Assembly (NCBI GenBank): GCA_964409875.1
Contig: CAYPEN010000001.1
Coordinates: 134,637 to 198,636, forward strand
DNA: 64,000 nt
Direction: 5' to 3'
DNA from: an uncultured Gammaproteobacteria bacterium
Lineage (GTDB): Bacteria; Patescibacteriota; Microgenomatia; Levybacterales; GWA1-39-11
The position numbers and the translations under genes were made by a program. The notes below the pieces were generated by a model. That model did no database searches, was not told where the DNA came from, and saw nothing but the letters and a program-made list of their open reading frames with translations. Shown piece after piece: positions 8,681 to 18,628 of this stretch. Numbering within the stretch: the stretch's first letter is position 1; every line of letters begins with the position of its first letter.

Positions 8681-9286
8681 ATGCGGATTCCAAAAGCTTT
8701 AGAGCGTGTAATAGAAAATTTTGAGTCTCTTCCAGGCATTGGCCCAAAAAGTGCACAACGTCTTTCCTTTTACCTGTTGCACGTACCGCAAGACGTTCTT
8801 GACGAATTTGCCCAGAATTTAACCCAGCTTAAGAAGAACACAAAAATGTGCTCTATCTGTTTTAATATCGGGACCACAGAAATTTGCGATGTGTGCAATG
8901 ATAGCGAGCGGGATAAAACGATTATATGTGTAGTAGAGGATGCACTGGATGTTCTGGCTTTTGAAAAGTCCGACAAATTTAAGGGTGTGTATCACGTGTT
9001 GCATGGCGTTGTCGACCCGCTTAATTCCATAGGGCCCGATGACATTTATATTCCTCAACTTATGAATCGCCTCTCATCTGACCATGAAGTTAAAGAACTT
9101 ATTATCGCGACCAATCCGACCATGGAAGGTGAAGCAACGGCTATGTATATCGTCAAACAAATAAAACAGCATCATCCCGAACTTGTTATTTCCCGGATAG
9201 GCCGTGGATTGCCGGTCGGTGCAGACATAGAATATGCGGATGAAGTTACACTATCCCGCGCTTTGGAAGGACGTTCTCAATATTAA
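8681..9286 (+). CDS. recR: Recombination protein RecR
   Basis: LPGIGPKSAQRL HhH motif, CSICFN...CDVC zinc finger and Toprim ATNPTMEGEATA. Confidence 0.97.
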   Translation: MRIPKALERVIENFESLPGIGPKSAQRLSFYLLHVPQDVLDEFAQNLTQLKKNTKMCSICFNIGTTEICDVCNDSERDKTIICVVEDALDVLAFEKSDKFKGVYHVLHGVVDPLNSIGPDDIYIPQLMNRLSSDHEVKELIIATNPTMEGEATAMYIVKQIKQHHPELVISRIGRGLPVGADIEYADEVTLSRALEGRSQY

Positions 9287-9296
9287 AAATTGCTAA

Positions 9297-11177
9297 TTAA
9301 GAAGTTGCGAGTGGAGGAGTGTTGGTTCCGCTTCCTGTTGGTGTTTCGGCTGTATCAGTTGTGGCACCTACTCCGGAAAGTGTTGGTTCGGGAGCAGCCG
9401 AAGTTTCTGTTGGCGTTGCTCCAAGAGTTGATGCGCCTGCAGATTCTGCAACCGCCGCAGCCTGTTCAAGTACATTTCCAGATGGCGTTGCTGAGCCTTC
9501 CGCAGTCGATGTCATTGCAGAAGACGGATTTTCGATAGCAGGAGCCACGGCGCCGTCGGTTGGAAGCGCTCCATCGGAAACCTCAACTGATGCAGCTACT
9601 TGACCTGCTTGTCCCAAAACGTCCATATTTGAGACTTCAGAACTACCGGTAGCAGCTACCGAGCTCATTGCTGGGTCTACTGCCGGTTCGGGAGCAGTTG
9701 GTGTAGGAGCAGCTTCCGGTTCCACGGGGGCGCCGACTATTGAAGGAGCATCTTCTGCTACTGGTGGCATTCCTGTTCCAAATGGAGGTGGGGTTTCAGT
9801 TGAGGCGCCCGGTAGTGGGGTAGGACTTGTTTCCAAATTGAGAGCATTGGGTTCAGATGAAGCAAGGGGGGAAGTTGCTACAGGTGGTGCTTCAGGGGCA
9901 GAGGGCGCAACTCCAACAACGGGCGCATCAGGATGTGCCGCTGAAGCGTCAATTGACCAGCTTGCAGGTGTAGAGGGTGCAGCGGCTTCACCGGCCGGTG
10001 CCATATCGGTTGACGGTTGATATTCGGGAACTGAAGGCGTTGCTGCAGGCTCTGCTACTGCGGATGGGCCAGATGTGGTCGGTTCTGCCGCAGGGGAGGC
10101 TGGCCATTGAGAAGTTGCCTCGGATGCAGGAGGAGCGGAGGGTGTACCGTCTTGGGTTGCCGCTGGTGTTGTGTCTACTGCGCTTGAAGTGGTTGCGGCT
10201 TCGGTTGGAGTTCCATAACTTGGGAAAGGTTCTGATGATGAGCCGGCTGTGTTTGTAGCTGCTTCAGACGATTGCTGTTCGGAAGGTGTTTCCATTGCCG
10301 TAGTTGCGGTTTTGTCTATTTCATCCAATGCGGCATTGGTGCCTGCTGCATTTGAGACTATAGACTCGGCTTCTGAAACTGCCGCAGTGGCAGCCATGTG
10401 GGATGCTTCGGCAGCTGGAGCGGGTGAGTTATCAACAGGAGCTGCATCTGGAATGGAAGAAATGGGCTCAGTTGTTGCCGTTTCTGCAGGTGAACTGACA
10501 GATTCTAGAGCAGGGGCTGCAGGTGTTTCACTACCTATTGGGGATAGACTATCAGAGGAGGTAACTACAGGTGTTTCTGGGTTGGGAGGCGTTTGCGTCT
10601 CATTTGATGCAGTAGCAGCACTTGAAGTTATTTCTGATGAAGTATCCTGAGGCGGCTTAACACCAGCAGTCCACGTCGTTTCAATTGTGCCTTGAGCTGT
10701 TGTCGCTAAATTTTCGGGCATATTGTTTTGGGGCTGAGGTTGGGCATTTTCCATCTTTGCGCTTCCACGAAGTCCGATAATACCAAGTAGCCTATTTCCA
10801 AGTCCCGGCTTTGGAGGCGTGGCTTGTGCTGCAGCCTTTTCGGCGACCATAGAATTATGGGTGGCGTTTAAGTTAGCCATTTCTGGAGTGCCCAATGGTT
10901 TTAAAGGGTCTAGAGGTTTAATTTCAGGTGCAGGTTGTGTTTGAGCTGCGGCATCTGGGCCAGCAGGCATCGTTGAAGCAGCAGGTTGCTCGGTCCCTGC
11001 CAATGCTTTTGCAGCCACATCTTCAGCTTGCGAGATGACACCAGCCGCTTCGGGAGCTGATGCGCCCGGAGTTGGAAGTAAACCGTTACCTGTTTCTGTT
11101 GCAGCGGGAACTGCTGCTTGTGGTGCTTCAAGCGTGGTAACACCACCGCCCTGATTTTCGCCGTTGTTTGGTCCCAT
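9297..11177 (-). CDS. Ala/Pro/Thr/Glu-rich low-complexity acidic protein
   Basis: 626-aa open frame with strongly biased composition and no Cys. Confidence 0.75.
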   Translation of the reverse strand: MGPNNGENQGGGVTTLEAPQAAVPAATETGNGLLPTPGASAPEAAGVISQAEDVAAKALAGTEQPAASTMPAGPDAAAQTQPAPEIKPLDPLKPLGTPEMANLNATHNSMVAEKAAAQATPPKPGLGNRLLGIIGLRGSAKMENAQPQPQNNMPENLATTAQGTIETTWTAGVKPPQDTSSEITSSAATASNETQTPPNPETPVVTSSDSLSPIGSETPAAPALESVSSPAETATTEPISSIPDAAPVDNSPAPAAEASHMAATAAVSEAESIVSNAAGTNAALDEIDKTATTAMETPSEQQSSEAATNTAGSSSEPFPSYGTPTEAATTSSAVDTTPAATQDGTPSAPPASEATSQWPASPAAEPTTSGPSAVAEPAATPSVPEYQPSTDMAPAGEAAAPSTPASWSIDASAAHPDAPVVGVAPSAPEAPPVATSPLASSEPNALNLETSPTPLPGASTETPPPFGTGMPPVAEDAPSIVGAPVEPEAAPTPTAPEPAVDPAMSSVAATGSSEVSNMDVLGQAGQVAASVEVSDGALPTDGAVAPAIENPSSAMTSTAEGSATPSGNVLEQAAAVAESAGASTLGATPTETSAAPEPTLSGVGATTDTAETPTGSGTNTPPLATS

Positions 11178-11223
11178 TACACTAAGTTACAAGAAGAGGG
11201 AATAGTTTGTCAAGAGTGGTCGA

Positions 11224-11979
11224 CTATTTCTGTCCTTTTTGCCAAGGGGCGCGTTTCAGAATAGGAGCATACACGTCGTCATTCATGTCGATTCGAAGCT
11301 CCTTGATTTCATTCTCGGTAGTATCACGGTTGGTAAACTCAATGTTTGAAAGTTCTGAAATTATTGCCAGTGGGGTTTGCTCCTGGCCCTCTCCCATAGC
11401 GGTAACAGCTCCTGCTGCCAGTCCGTCTGCAACATTTGCTTTTGTGACGCGCATTATCCTGTCGAATAAATCAGGTTTTCCCATGTAATCGTTGAGCGCA
11501 TTAAAACCCGAATGAGCTATGCTAACCCCTGTTGTTCCCCAGCGAAGAGGAGTGGTTTTGCTGTCGGTTATGATAACGCCTATATTTTGCACGCCGAATT
11601 TTTCAACAAGATGTTGCCTTATTTCATTTGCCGTCTCATAAGGGTTTTTGGGCCACAGAATATAGTAGCCATTCCCATTCGACTCGTCGATTCCTGCCGT
11701 TGGAATGAGTAAGTTTTGCGTGATGGTCAAGTAAAACCCATATTGATTTTCATTCTTATCCAAAAACATTTCACTTTCTTCTTTGACCAATTTTTCTTTA
11801 TCCTCAATTTCAGTCGTGTGATTTATCTTTTTTATCCTTCCTTCAGCTATCGAAACAATTTTTGAAGTGACAACAAGAATGGAGTTTTCCTCCATCTTAT
11901 TTATATAGGTGTCTAAAATATTAAAAAGGTTAGTGTCCTTTTCCGTTATCTTGTGGGTCTTTAGTGGTGTAATTGTCAT
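11224..11979 (-). CDS. CofE-like (F420-0:gamma-glutamyl ligase family) protein
   Basis: VVTSKIVSIAEGR, AGIDESN, VIITDS...PLRWGTTGV and MGEGQEQTPLAII motifs. The ATG at 11979 is the likely start. Confidence 0.85.
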   Translation of the reverse strand: MTITPLKTHKITEKDTNLFNILDTYINKMEENSILVVTSKIVSIAEGRIKKINHTTEIEDKEKLVKEESEMFLDKNENQYGFYLTITQNLLIPTAGIDESNGNGYYILWPKNPYETANEIRQHLVEKFGVQNIGVIITDSKTTPLRWGTTGVSIAHSGFNALNDYMGKPDLFDRIMRVTKANVADGLAAGAVTAMGEGQEQTPLAIISELSNIEFTNRDTTENEIKELRIDMNDDVYAPILKRAPWQKGQK

Positions 11980-12042
11980 AGAGGCAATTGTACTATAATT
12001 TAGCCTCATTGACAAAAATAAAACTCTATTTATAATCGGATT

Positions 12043-13515
12043 ATGTCAGCTGAATTGTTATCTCTTCCGGATACGCCTCAAGGTCCTGATATTAATTACG
12101 ACACCTACCACACAGTTTACGAGTATCGCTATGCAGGTCAAAGCATGCGAAATATTTGGTCAGAAAACCATAAAACAGCTTTGATGCGTGAGGTATGGGT
12201 TGCTGTAGCGACTGCTCAAAACAGAGCGGGAATTGTAACAGATGCTGAGCTTGGTGATTTGATATTGCAGGAATATAATTTCGATTTCCCAACCATTTTA
12301 GACCGGGAGACAAACCCTGATAATCCACAATACCAGGGCCATGATATTTTGGCAGCAATTTCAGAATATGAAGATAGGGCGCAAACAGGTGGAGGAAAAA
12401 TTCATCAAGGAATGACTTCGGAAGACGTGTTGTCGAACGTTGAAGTGATGCAGATGAAAGAAGCTCTTGATCTTGTTGAGAACAGATTAGTGCAAGTACT
12501 TGAAGGATTCGGCATAAGAATTGAAGAATTTAAATCAACTCCGGTTACCGGTTTTACGCACATACAGGCAGGTGAGCCAATTACTTTAGGGTTAAGGCTT
12601 AGTAACTACGGACAGAATTTTCTGCCGGACTTAATGCATATCAGACGTCTAAAAGAAACGTTGCGGGCAAAAGGAATTAAGGGCCCTGTTGGGACATCGG
12701 CAGGTGTGAAGGAGTTGCTTGAGGGGACTAACATGAGCGTTGATGAGCACGAACAAATTGTTATGAATAAGCTTGGCCTAAAAGCGTATACGATAACCAA
12801 TCAAACATATCCAAGAAAACAATTTGCGGAAGTCATGAAAGTGCTGGCAGGGATCGGGACATCAGCCTTCCAATTTGCAAATAATATGCGATTATTACAG
12901 TCGTCACCATTCGATGAGATTTCAGAGCCGAGAAACAAATTAGATAAAGGCTCATCCGCAATGCCGCATAAAAGGAATCCGAGACATTCAGAAAACATCA
13001 TGTCGCTTGCGCGTGGATTGAAATATAAAGCTGCCGAAGCTGAAGAAATAGCTCAAGATGTACCACTCGAGCGGGGAATTGATGATTCAGGAGGCAAGCG
13101 TTCATTGTTACCAGAAGCTTTCCTGGCGGTCGATGAAATACTGAGCCGATGTAACCGGATTGTTAGAGGTTTTGATGCACATGAAGACTCACAGTGGAGT
13201 AATCTGGAAAAGTTCTCGCCCTATTTAGCAACGGAGCCGATTATGTTAACTGCGGCGGCACGTGGGGCAAATAGACAGGAGATGCATGAAATATTATTTG
13301 TTGTTTCGGGTGATGCCATAAAAGCAGTGAGAAGAGGAGAGCCGAATCCGATGAAGGAACTTGTTGCAGGAAAAGATGAAATTACGAAATACATTGCACC
13401 AGATGAGATGGATATTATTTTTAGAGATACATATCAAAAGACAGGAGAGTCACGCCAGTTCTGCGAAACGTTCCTTCAAGAAGAATTATACCCGGCAATA
13501 GGCAAAGTAGCCTAA
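12043..13515 (+). CDS. purB: Adenylosuccinate lyase
   Basis: Fumarate-lyase signature GSSAMPHKRNP, plus IHQGMTSED, GFTHIQ and KGPVGT. Confidence 0.9.
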   Translation: MSAELLSLPDTPQGPDINYDTYHTVYEYRYAGQSMRNIWSENHKTALMREVWVAVATAQNRAGIVTDAELGDLILQEYNFDFPTILDRETNPDNPQYQGHDILAAISEYEDRAQTGGGKIHQGMTSEDVLSNVEVMQMKEALDLVENRLVQVLEGFGIRIEEFKSTPVTGFTHIQAGEPITLGLRLSNYGQNFLPDLMHIRRLKETLRAKGIKGPVGTSAGVKELLEGTNMSVDEHEQIVMNKLGLKAYTITNQTYPRKQFAEVMKVLAGIGTSAFQFANNMRLLQSSPFDEISEPRNKLDKGSSAMPHKRNPRHSENIMSLARGLKYKAAEAEEIAQDVPLERGIDDSGGKRSLLPEAFLAVDEILSRCNRIVRGFDAHEDSQWSNLEKFSPYLATEPIMLTAAARGANRQEMHEILFVVSGDAIKAVRRGEPNPMKELVAGKDEITKYIAPDEMDIIFRDTYQKTGESRQFCETFLQEELYPAIGKVA

Positions 13516-13519
13516 TTCT

Positions 13520-14632
13520 TTACCTCTGGAATTTTGGGGTTAGTACATTCTCCGTATCAAGCAGTCCGTATTTTGAGAGAAGACGGGACAAAATAGGGGA
13601 GCGTGTAGCATACAAAAGTTTTTTTGGGAATTTCTCAGTCATGAGATTTTCAATTTCATGAAATCCCAGAAGATATGCTGCGTCTTTTGGAAAACCACCG
13701 GGATGAGAAGTGTCTGAAAGACCGCGCTTGACTCGGTACGTCATCACAAACGCACGTTGCGGAGTAAGCGTTTCACAAAGTGTATCAAATATTTCGCGGA
13801 AACTTTTATGCAAGAGTCGTACCGCTTTAATTCTCGAGTAGTACATTTCAAATGCGCTTGGTGTAATTTTTCTTGTAGTTACTTCATTATAGACAGCAAG
13901 ACCTTCTCCATACAGATTTTGGTTACCATATTTTGAAAACTCTACGAGTGGAGTATTCGAACTTTTAGAATTTTGGGCTTGCAGAACATGGCTTTCGATT
14001 TCATGCACTACAAGCCTATCAACATTGCACTCAAAACGCCGAATTTCACTTCCGATATTGATGGTGTGTTGCCCGACATTTATGATGTGTGGCGAGAAAG
14101 TATCAATCTTTACTTCAAATCCTGAAATGTTGTAACGGGAAAGTGCTTTCTCAAAGCGTTCTTTAATTTTTTCAGCATCCTGCATTTTGTGTTTGATATG
14201 CATAGTAAATTCAACTTTAGGAGTGTTGGAAAGAAGTAGGTCGAGCCTATCACTTCCCCAGTCAAAGAGCTTATGTGCGTATTCTGAAAAATCTTGGCTT
14301 CCGATAGATTTTTTTGTCAGAAAAAGTGTGTTCTGGTCATCAAGAAAGTCTAAGAAGTGTTCCTTTAATTCGTCAGGTATTTCTAGCGCATCAATTTGTT
14401 TTTTAAACTCATTAATAGTCCTTGTGATGTTGGGAAGGTCCTTCTTGTTGTAGGTATACATCGGGTTATAGTTTTTGGAGGAAAAAAATTTTGCCATCTC
14501 CTCTCCATAATTAAGAGGAGTAAGGGAAGCGGTTCCTATGTGGAGAGTCCTTTTAAGTCTAATTATTTGTTCTGCTACTTCTTCCAGCTGTTTTTTAATA
14601 TGAGCCGGAATGTGACTTTCTTCTTTTGCCAT
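13520..14632 (-). CDS. DUF1704/MATCAP-like zinc carboxypeptidase
   Basis: HEIESH (HExxxH), EGLAVYNE, RVKRG and KDAAYLLG motifs. The likely start is MAKEESH at 14632. Confidence 0.8.
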   Translation of the reverse strand: MAKEESHIPAHIKKQLEEVAEQIIRLKRTLHIGTASLTPLNYGEEMAKFFSSKNYNPMYTYNKKDLPNITRTINEFKKQIDALEIPDELKEHFLDFLDDQNTLFLTKKSIGSQDFSEYAHKLFDWGSDRLDLLLSNTPKVEFTMHIKHKMQDAEKIKERFEKALSRYNISGFEVKIDTFSPHIINVGQHTINIGSEIRRFECNVDRLVVHEIESHVLQAQNSKSSNTPLVEFSKYGNQNLYGEGLAVYNEVTTRKITPSAFEMYYSRIKAVRLLHKSFREIFDTLCETLTPQRAFVMTYRVKRGLSDTSHPGGFPKDAAYLLGFHEIENLMTEKFPKKLLYATRSPILSRLLSKYGLLDTENVLTPKFQR

Positions 14633-14981
14633 CGGGGTTATTATGGTACCACGAAGATGCCTTCTTGTCGAATTACCGCAAAAATTTTGCATAGTAAAAT
14701 TCAGAGTTTAGCGCTTAGCGCCTAGGGTGTAGCTGATGAATAACTAAATATATCGAAACCACTTTCTAAACTAATTATGATTTGATAATATTGTACGCAT
14801 TTTTGATATGTAAAATTTATTTTTTCAATGCGTTGCCCATTACAAATGGGATGATTCAACTTTTTAGTTGCGGTAATAAAGTGGACTATTCTGTGCAAAA
14901 AACTGACTATGTCATACCATATCACGATTTTTTATTCTTCAAAGCATTGATAAGTGAAAACACAAAGCATACAATATCAGA

Positions 14982-16538
14982 ATGATTCTCAATAAATACT
15001 CGGAAAGCCTCATTCATCTTTTTGAAAAGGCAAAAGAAAAGCCAATTGAAACTGCTAACGCTGTCAATCCGCTTGTCTCAGAGCTTGCATCCTGGTACGA
15101 GAAATTCCGGAATTCCATTGAATACAGAGACGAAGAAGTAATCCTGCGGGCATCAATTGAGAGGATATTGAAAAGAAGATTGGCCCTTGGGGGAACAGGA
15201 GCAACTGCTGCAAAGCCCTTATTGAAAGAACTGGTGTGGGCGCGCTATTTTCCAGAGTCGTTATATACCGAAGAGACGATAAAAAAAATAGAGCAGATAA
15301 TAGATTTTTACCTGAAGCTTAAAAGTGAGTCGGTAAAAAGGGGAATGAAAGACGGACATATGCGGGAGTTGATGTTCCAACTCATGTCCTCCGATGTTGA
15401 GCAGACCTTACATCCGAATAAAGTAGAGGAAGCAGTCGGAAATTATATCTTCCACGTCCTGCAAAAAAGCATTGCTGTTGAAGAGGAGATGGAGGAGGAG
15501 AGGGATCTGCAGCTTTTTATAGCAATTCGGCGTGCGTACTCAAAAGACGATATTGCTTTTTTGCGATTCAAATTATTCACGCAATATTTTGGCAAAATGA
15601 ATAATCAGGAAGTTGAAGTTGTTGCCGAAAGATTTAGGGATGCATACCAAAAAATTGAGAAGCAGCTAACGCATTCTGCCCGGTTTAAAATACTCTCTTA
15701 CGTCAAAAGGCAAATCCCGGCCTTTCTTATCATGGAAGATGTTTTTGCGACACAGGACAATATGAACGAGTTGGTGCAAAACGAGGAGGAGTTAGATGCC
15801 GTTATTCTTGCCGCCTGCAAGAAAAAATATAATACCATTTCGGAGAAGGTGCGGCGTGCAATCATACGAAGTGTCATCTTTATTCTCCTTTCAAAGACAG
15901 TTATCGCATTCGGTGTTGAAGGGACGTATGAGCGAATATTTTTGGGGCACGTGCAGTGGCTAACTCTGGCTCTGAATGTTATTATCCCTACGCTTTTTAT
16001 GATCGTAGTAGGATTTTCTATCCGTACTCCCGGAGACAAAAATTCACGCCTCATCTTGTCACGAATTCATGCGTTGCTTTTTGACGAAGAGCCAAAAATC
16101 GGACGGGTAATTGATTTTCCTGTGCCTGATAAAAAACCTCGAAGCACTATGGATTGGGTATTCTGGGTTTTGTGGGTTACCGCATTTTTGTTAAGTTTTG
16201 GTGCCGTGTCGCTGGGACTTTCGCTTTTGCATTTCAGTATGGTGTCTCAAGGGATATTTATTTTCTTTTTGGCAATTGTCAGTTTCCTTGCGTACCGCAT
16301 CAATATCACCGCGCATGAATATAGTGTTGAGAATAGGCAAGGTCTTTTGACACCAATAATCGATTTTTTCTTTATGCCGATAGCCCGGGTCGGGCAATAT
16401 CTGACTGCAGGCATTTCTCAAATAAATATTTTCTTGTTCATTCTGGATTTTATTATCGAGGCGCCCTACAAAGGGATTGTCGGATTTTTCGACCAGTGGT
16501 TTTTCTTCCTGCACTCGAAAAGGGAAGAGATAGGTTAA
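14982..16538 (+). CDS. Multi-pass membrane protein of unknown function with a large N-terminal helical domain
   Basis: 518-aa ORF with several C-terminal TM segments. A -10-like TACAAT lies just upstream of the ATG. Confidence 0.8.
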   Translation: MILNKYSESLIHLFEKAKEKPIETANAVNPLVSELASWYEKFRNSIEYRDEEVILRASIERILKRRLALGGTGATAAKPLLKELVWARYFPESLYTEETIKKIEQIIDFYLKLKSESVKRGMKDGHMRELMFQLMSSDVEQTLHPNKVEEAVGNYIFHVLQKSIAVEEEMEEERDLQLFIAIRRAYSKDDIAFLRFKLFTQYFGKMNNQEVEVVAERFRDAYQKIEKQLTHSARFKILSYVKRQIPAFLIMEDVFATQDNMNELVQNEEELDAVILAACKKKYNTISEKVRRAIIRSVIFILLSKTVIAFGVEGTYERIFLGHVQWLTLALNVIIPTLFMIVVGFSIRTPGDKNSRLILSRIHALLFDEEPKIGRVIDFPVPDKKPRSTMDWVFWVLWVTAFLLSFGAVSLGLSLLHFSMVSQGIFIFFLAIVSFLAYRINITAHEYSVENRQGLLTPIIDFFFMPIARVGQYLTAGISQINIFLFILDFIIEAPYKGIVGFFDQWFFFLHSKREEIG

Positions 16539-16670
16539 TGGCGCATGGGTCCTGTCACTCCTCACCCCAATTTGCGCTGCTTTCCGCCCGCTCTATTTAT
16601 TTGGATGATGTTATGTTCGCTTGCAAAAAGTTCTCAATTGCGGTCCCCAGTCGTGCCACCCATTAGAAAA

Positions 16671-17009
16671 CTATTTAATATCTAGGAGTTCAACCTCGAA
16701 AATGAGGTCGGCAAGGGGTGGAATAACATCTCCTGCGCCTTCTTCTCCATAGGCCATAGTGTAGGGGATATATAACTTTCTTTTTCCTCCGACTTTCATG
16801 CCGGGAACGCCCTCGTCCCACCCTTTGATGACGTGTCCCACACCGATAAGAGTTTCAAAAGGAATGCCGCGGTCAACAGAGGAGTCGAACTTTTCACCAT
16901 CTTCGAATGTGCCGGTATAATGCATGACAACACGGTCTCCGGATTTTGCTTCCAGACCATTTCCTACCACAATGTCTTCAATAACAAGTTTTGTAATGGG
17001 AGTTTTCAT
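16671..17009 (-). CDS. FKBP-type peptidyl-prolyl cis-trans isomerase
   Basis: HYTGTFEDGEKFDSS, VIKGWDEG and AYGEEG...LIFEVELL motifs. Confidence 0.95.
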   Translation of the reverse strand: MKTPITKLVIEDIVVGNGLEAKSGDRVVMHYTGTFEDGEKFDSSVDRGIPFETLIGVGHVIKGWDEGVPGMKVGGKRKLYIPYTMAYGEEGAGDVIPPLADLIFEVELLDIK

Positions 17010-17013
17010 ATAT

Positions 17014-17304
17014 TCATTTTACACCAACGAAATCTATTCGTGGAAGGAATGCACGGATTTGGTCCCAGAATTTATCGGCAAGTCCTGAAGAGTATTTGGA
17101 AAACTGCCCGCTATTTTGGTGGGCGGTCAATTTCATTTCGTATTCACGTATAACATCAACCACTTTTTTCCCTTTTTCATTGAATTCATTTTTGTATTTC
17201 TCCTCATCTTGGAGGAATTTGTCGTGAATATCCTTAAAATCCAGCATCAAATCACGGTGCCGTTCCATCATTTCCAAAAATAACTGGCGGTATTTAGCGG
17301 ACAT
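17014..17304 (-). CDS. Hypothetical protein
   Basis: 96-aa helical ORF, co-oriented with and directly upstream of the FKBP gene. Confidence 0.7.
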   Translation of the reverse strand: MSAKYRQLFLEMMERHRDLMLDFKDIHDKFLQDEEKYKNEFNEKGKKVVDVIREYEMKLTAHQNSGQFSKYSSGLADKFWDQIRAFLPRIDFVGVK

Positions 17305-17400
17305 AGTTTAGAAATAATAAATAGCTAATAGTTAATAGTCAATAGTTAATATAGATTGTTGATTGAGGATGTGTGTTTACGCTTTGGTATAATCATTAAC

Positions 17401-18318
17401 ATGAACCATCAAATTTTGCTTTATTATAAGTACACTCCAATCGAAAACCCCGTTCATGAAATGCGGGAGCAGAAAAGGCTGTGCGAGCGTCTTGGCCTTA
17501 CGGGTCGCATAATTATTGCAGCTGAGGGGATAAATGGTACGGTTGAGGGGACTATCGAGAACACCGAAGAATATATAAAAATTATGACAAAAGACCCACG
17601 ATTCTCAGATATCAATTGGAAAAAATCAGAAGGCACCGGTAATGCGTTCCCAAAACTCAAAGTGAAAGTAAGAGAGGAAATAGTCAGTCTTCACCTTCAC
17701 GACAAAGATATAAAGCCCTGGCAAATAACAGGAAAATATTTAGAGGCGGAAGAATTGCATAAGTGGTTTGAGGAAGGAAAGGAGTTTTATATCGTTGATA
17801 TGAGAAATGATTATGAACACAAGTCCGGGTATTTCGAAGGGTCGATTTTGCCGCCATTCAGCAATTTCAGAGACCTTTCAGAATTATTGCCGCAACTTGA
17901 GGGCTTGAAAAACAAAACGGTTGTGACTGTTTGTACCGGTGGAGTCAGGTGTGAGAAAGCATCAGGGTTTCTCGTAAAAAATGGTTTTGCAGATGTTTAC
18001 CAGCTAAAAAATGGCATCGTAACATATATGGAAAAGTACCCCAATGAGCATTTCAAAGGGAAGTTGTATGTTTTTGATGGACGAATTCTCATGGGATTTA
18101 ATACCAATGACCCACAACATGAGATCGTGGGGAAATGCGAAAAGTGCTTGAAGGCTTCAGAAAATTATATAAATTGTGATACAGTTGGGTGTCATAGGCA
18201 TTTTATTTTATGTCAAAATTGTATTGAAAAATTCGGCAAGATTTGTCCTGAAGGATGCACCTACCTACGGCAAAAACAAAGGGAGAACCCGGTTCACTCA
18301 GAAAATAACTCTTCTTAG
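17401..18318 (+). CDS. trhO: Rhodanese-related tRNA uridine(34) hydroxylase (TrhO/YceA family)
   Basis: LLYYKY, GRIIIAAEGINGT, DMRNDYE, CTGGVRCEKAS and FKGKLYVFDGR motifs. The ATG at 17401 follows TATAAT. Confidence 0.88.
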   Translation: MNHQILLYYKYTPIENPVHEMREQKRLCERLGLTGRIIIAAEGINGTVEGTIENTEEYIKIMTKDPRFSDINWKKSEGTGNAFPKLKVKVREEIVSLHLHDKDIKPWQITGKYLEAEELHKWFEEGKEFYIVDMRNDYEHKSGYFEGSILPPFSNFRDLSELLPQLEGLKNKTVVTVCTGGVRCEKASGFLVKNGFADVYQLKNGIVTYMEKYPNEHFKGKLYVFDGRILMGFNTNDPQHEIVGKCEKCLKASENYINCDTVGCHRHFILCQNCIEKFGKICPEGCTYLRQKQRENPVHSENNSS

Positions 18319-18321
18319 AAG

Positions 18322-18499
18322 CTTAAACGCAGTCAAGAATTCACCGAATTCTTAAACGCAGTCAAGAATTCACCGAATTCTTAAACATAGTCAAGAATTC
18401 ACCGAATTCTTAAACGCAGTCAAGAATTCACCGAATTCTTAAACATAGTCAAGAATTCACCGAATTCTTAAACGCAGTCAAGAATTCACCGAATTCTTA
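18322..18499. repeat. Tandem array of six 29-bp units, each containing a palindrome
   Basis: The unit cttaaac(gc/at)agtcaagaattcaccgaatt starts at 18322, 18351, 18380, 18409, 18438 and 18467. It contains the inverted repeat aagaattc-acc-gaattctt. Confidence 0.97.
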
Positions 18500-18538
18500 C
18501 AAACTTTTCACGGCCTTTTTGATTTAGAACTATATAGT

Positions 18539-18628
18539 ATGAGCATGGAAGTAATAGTAAAAAGATCTCTATTCGTTGTACTTTCAACCATAATTTTTTT
18601 GAGTGCCTACCTCGTTTCGCTAAGATAA
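18539..18628 (+). CDS. Putative 29-aa single-TM small protein
   Basis: MSMEVIVKRSLFVVLSTIIFLSAYLVSLR*, followed by a terminator-like hairpin. Confidence 0.4.
   Translation: MSMEVIVKRSLFVVLSTIIFLSAYLVSLR

Noticed and set aside
14722-14985. Two short ORFs (14722..14925 and 14782..14985)
   Set aside because: They lie in an AT-rich divergent promoter region, overlap each other on opposite strands and have no motif support.
18322-18499. CRISPR array
   Set aside because: The linkers are only 10 nt and nearly identical rather than unique spacers, and no cas genes are in the window.
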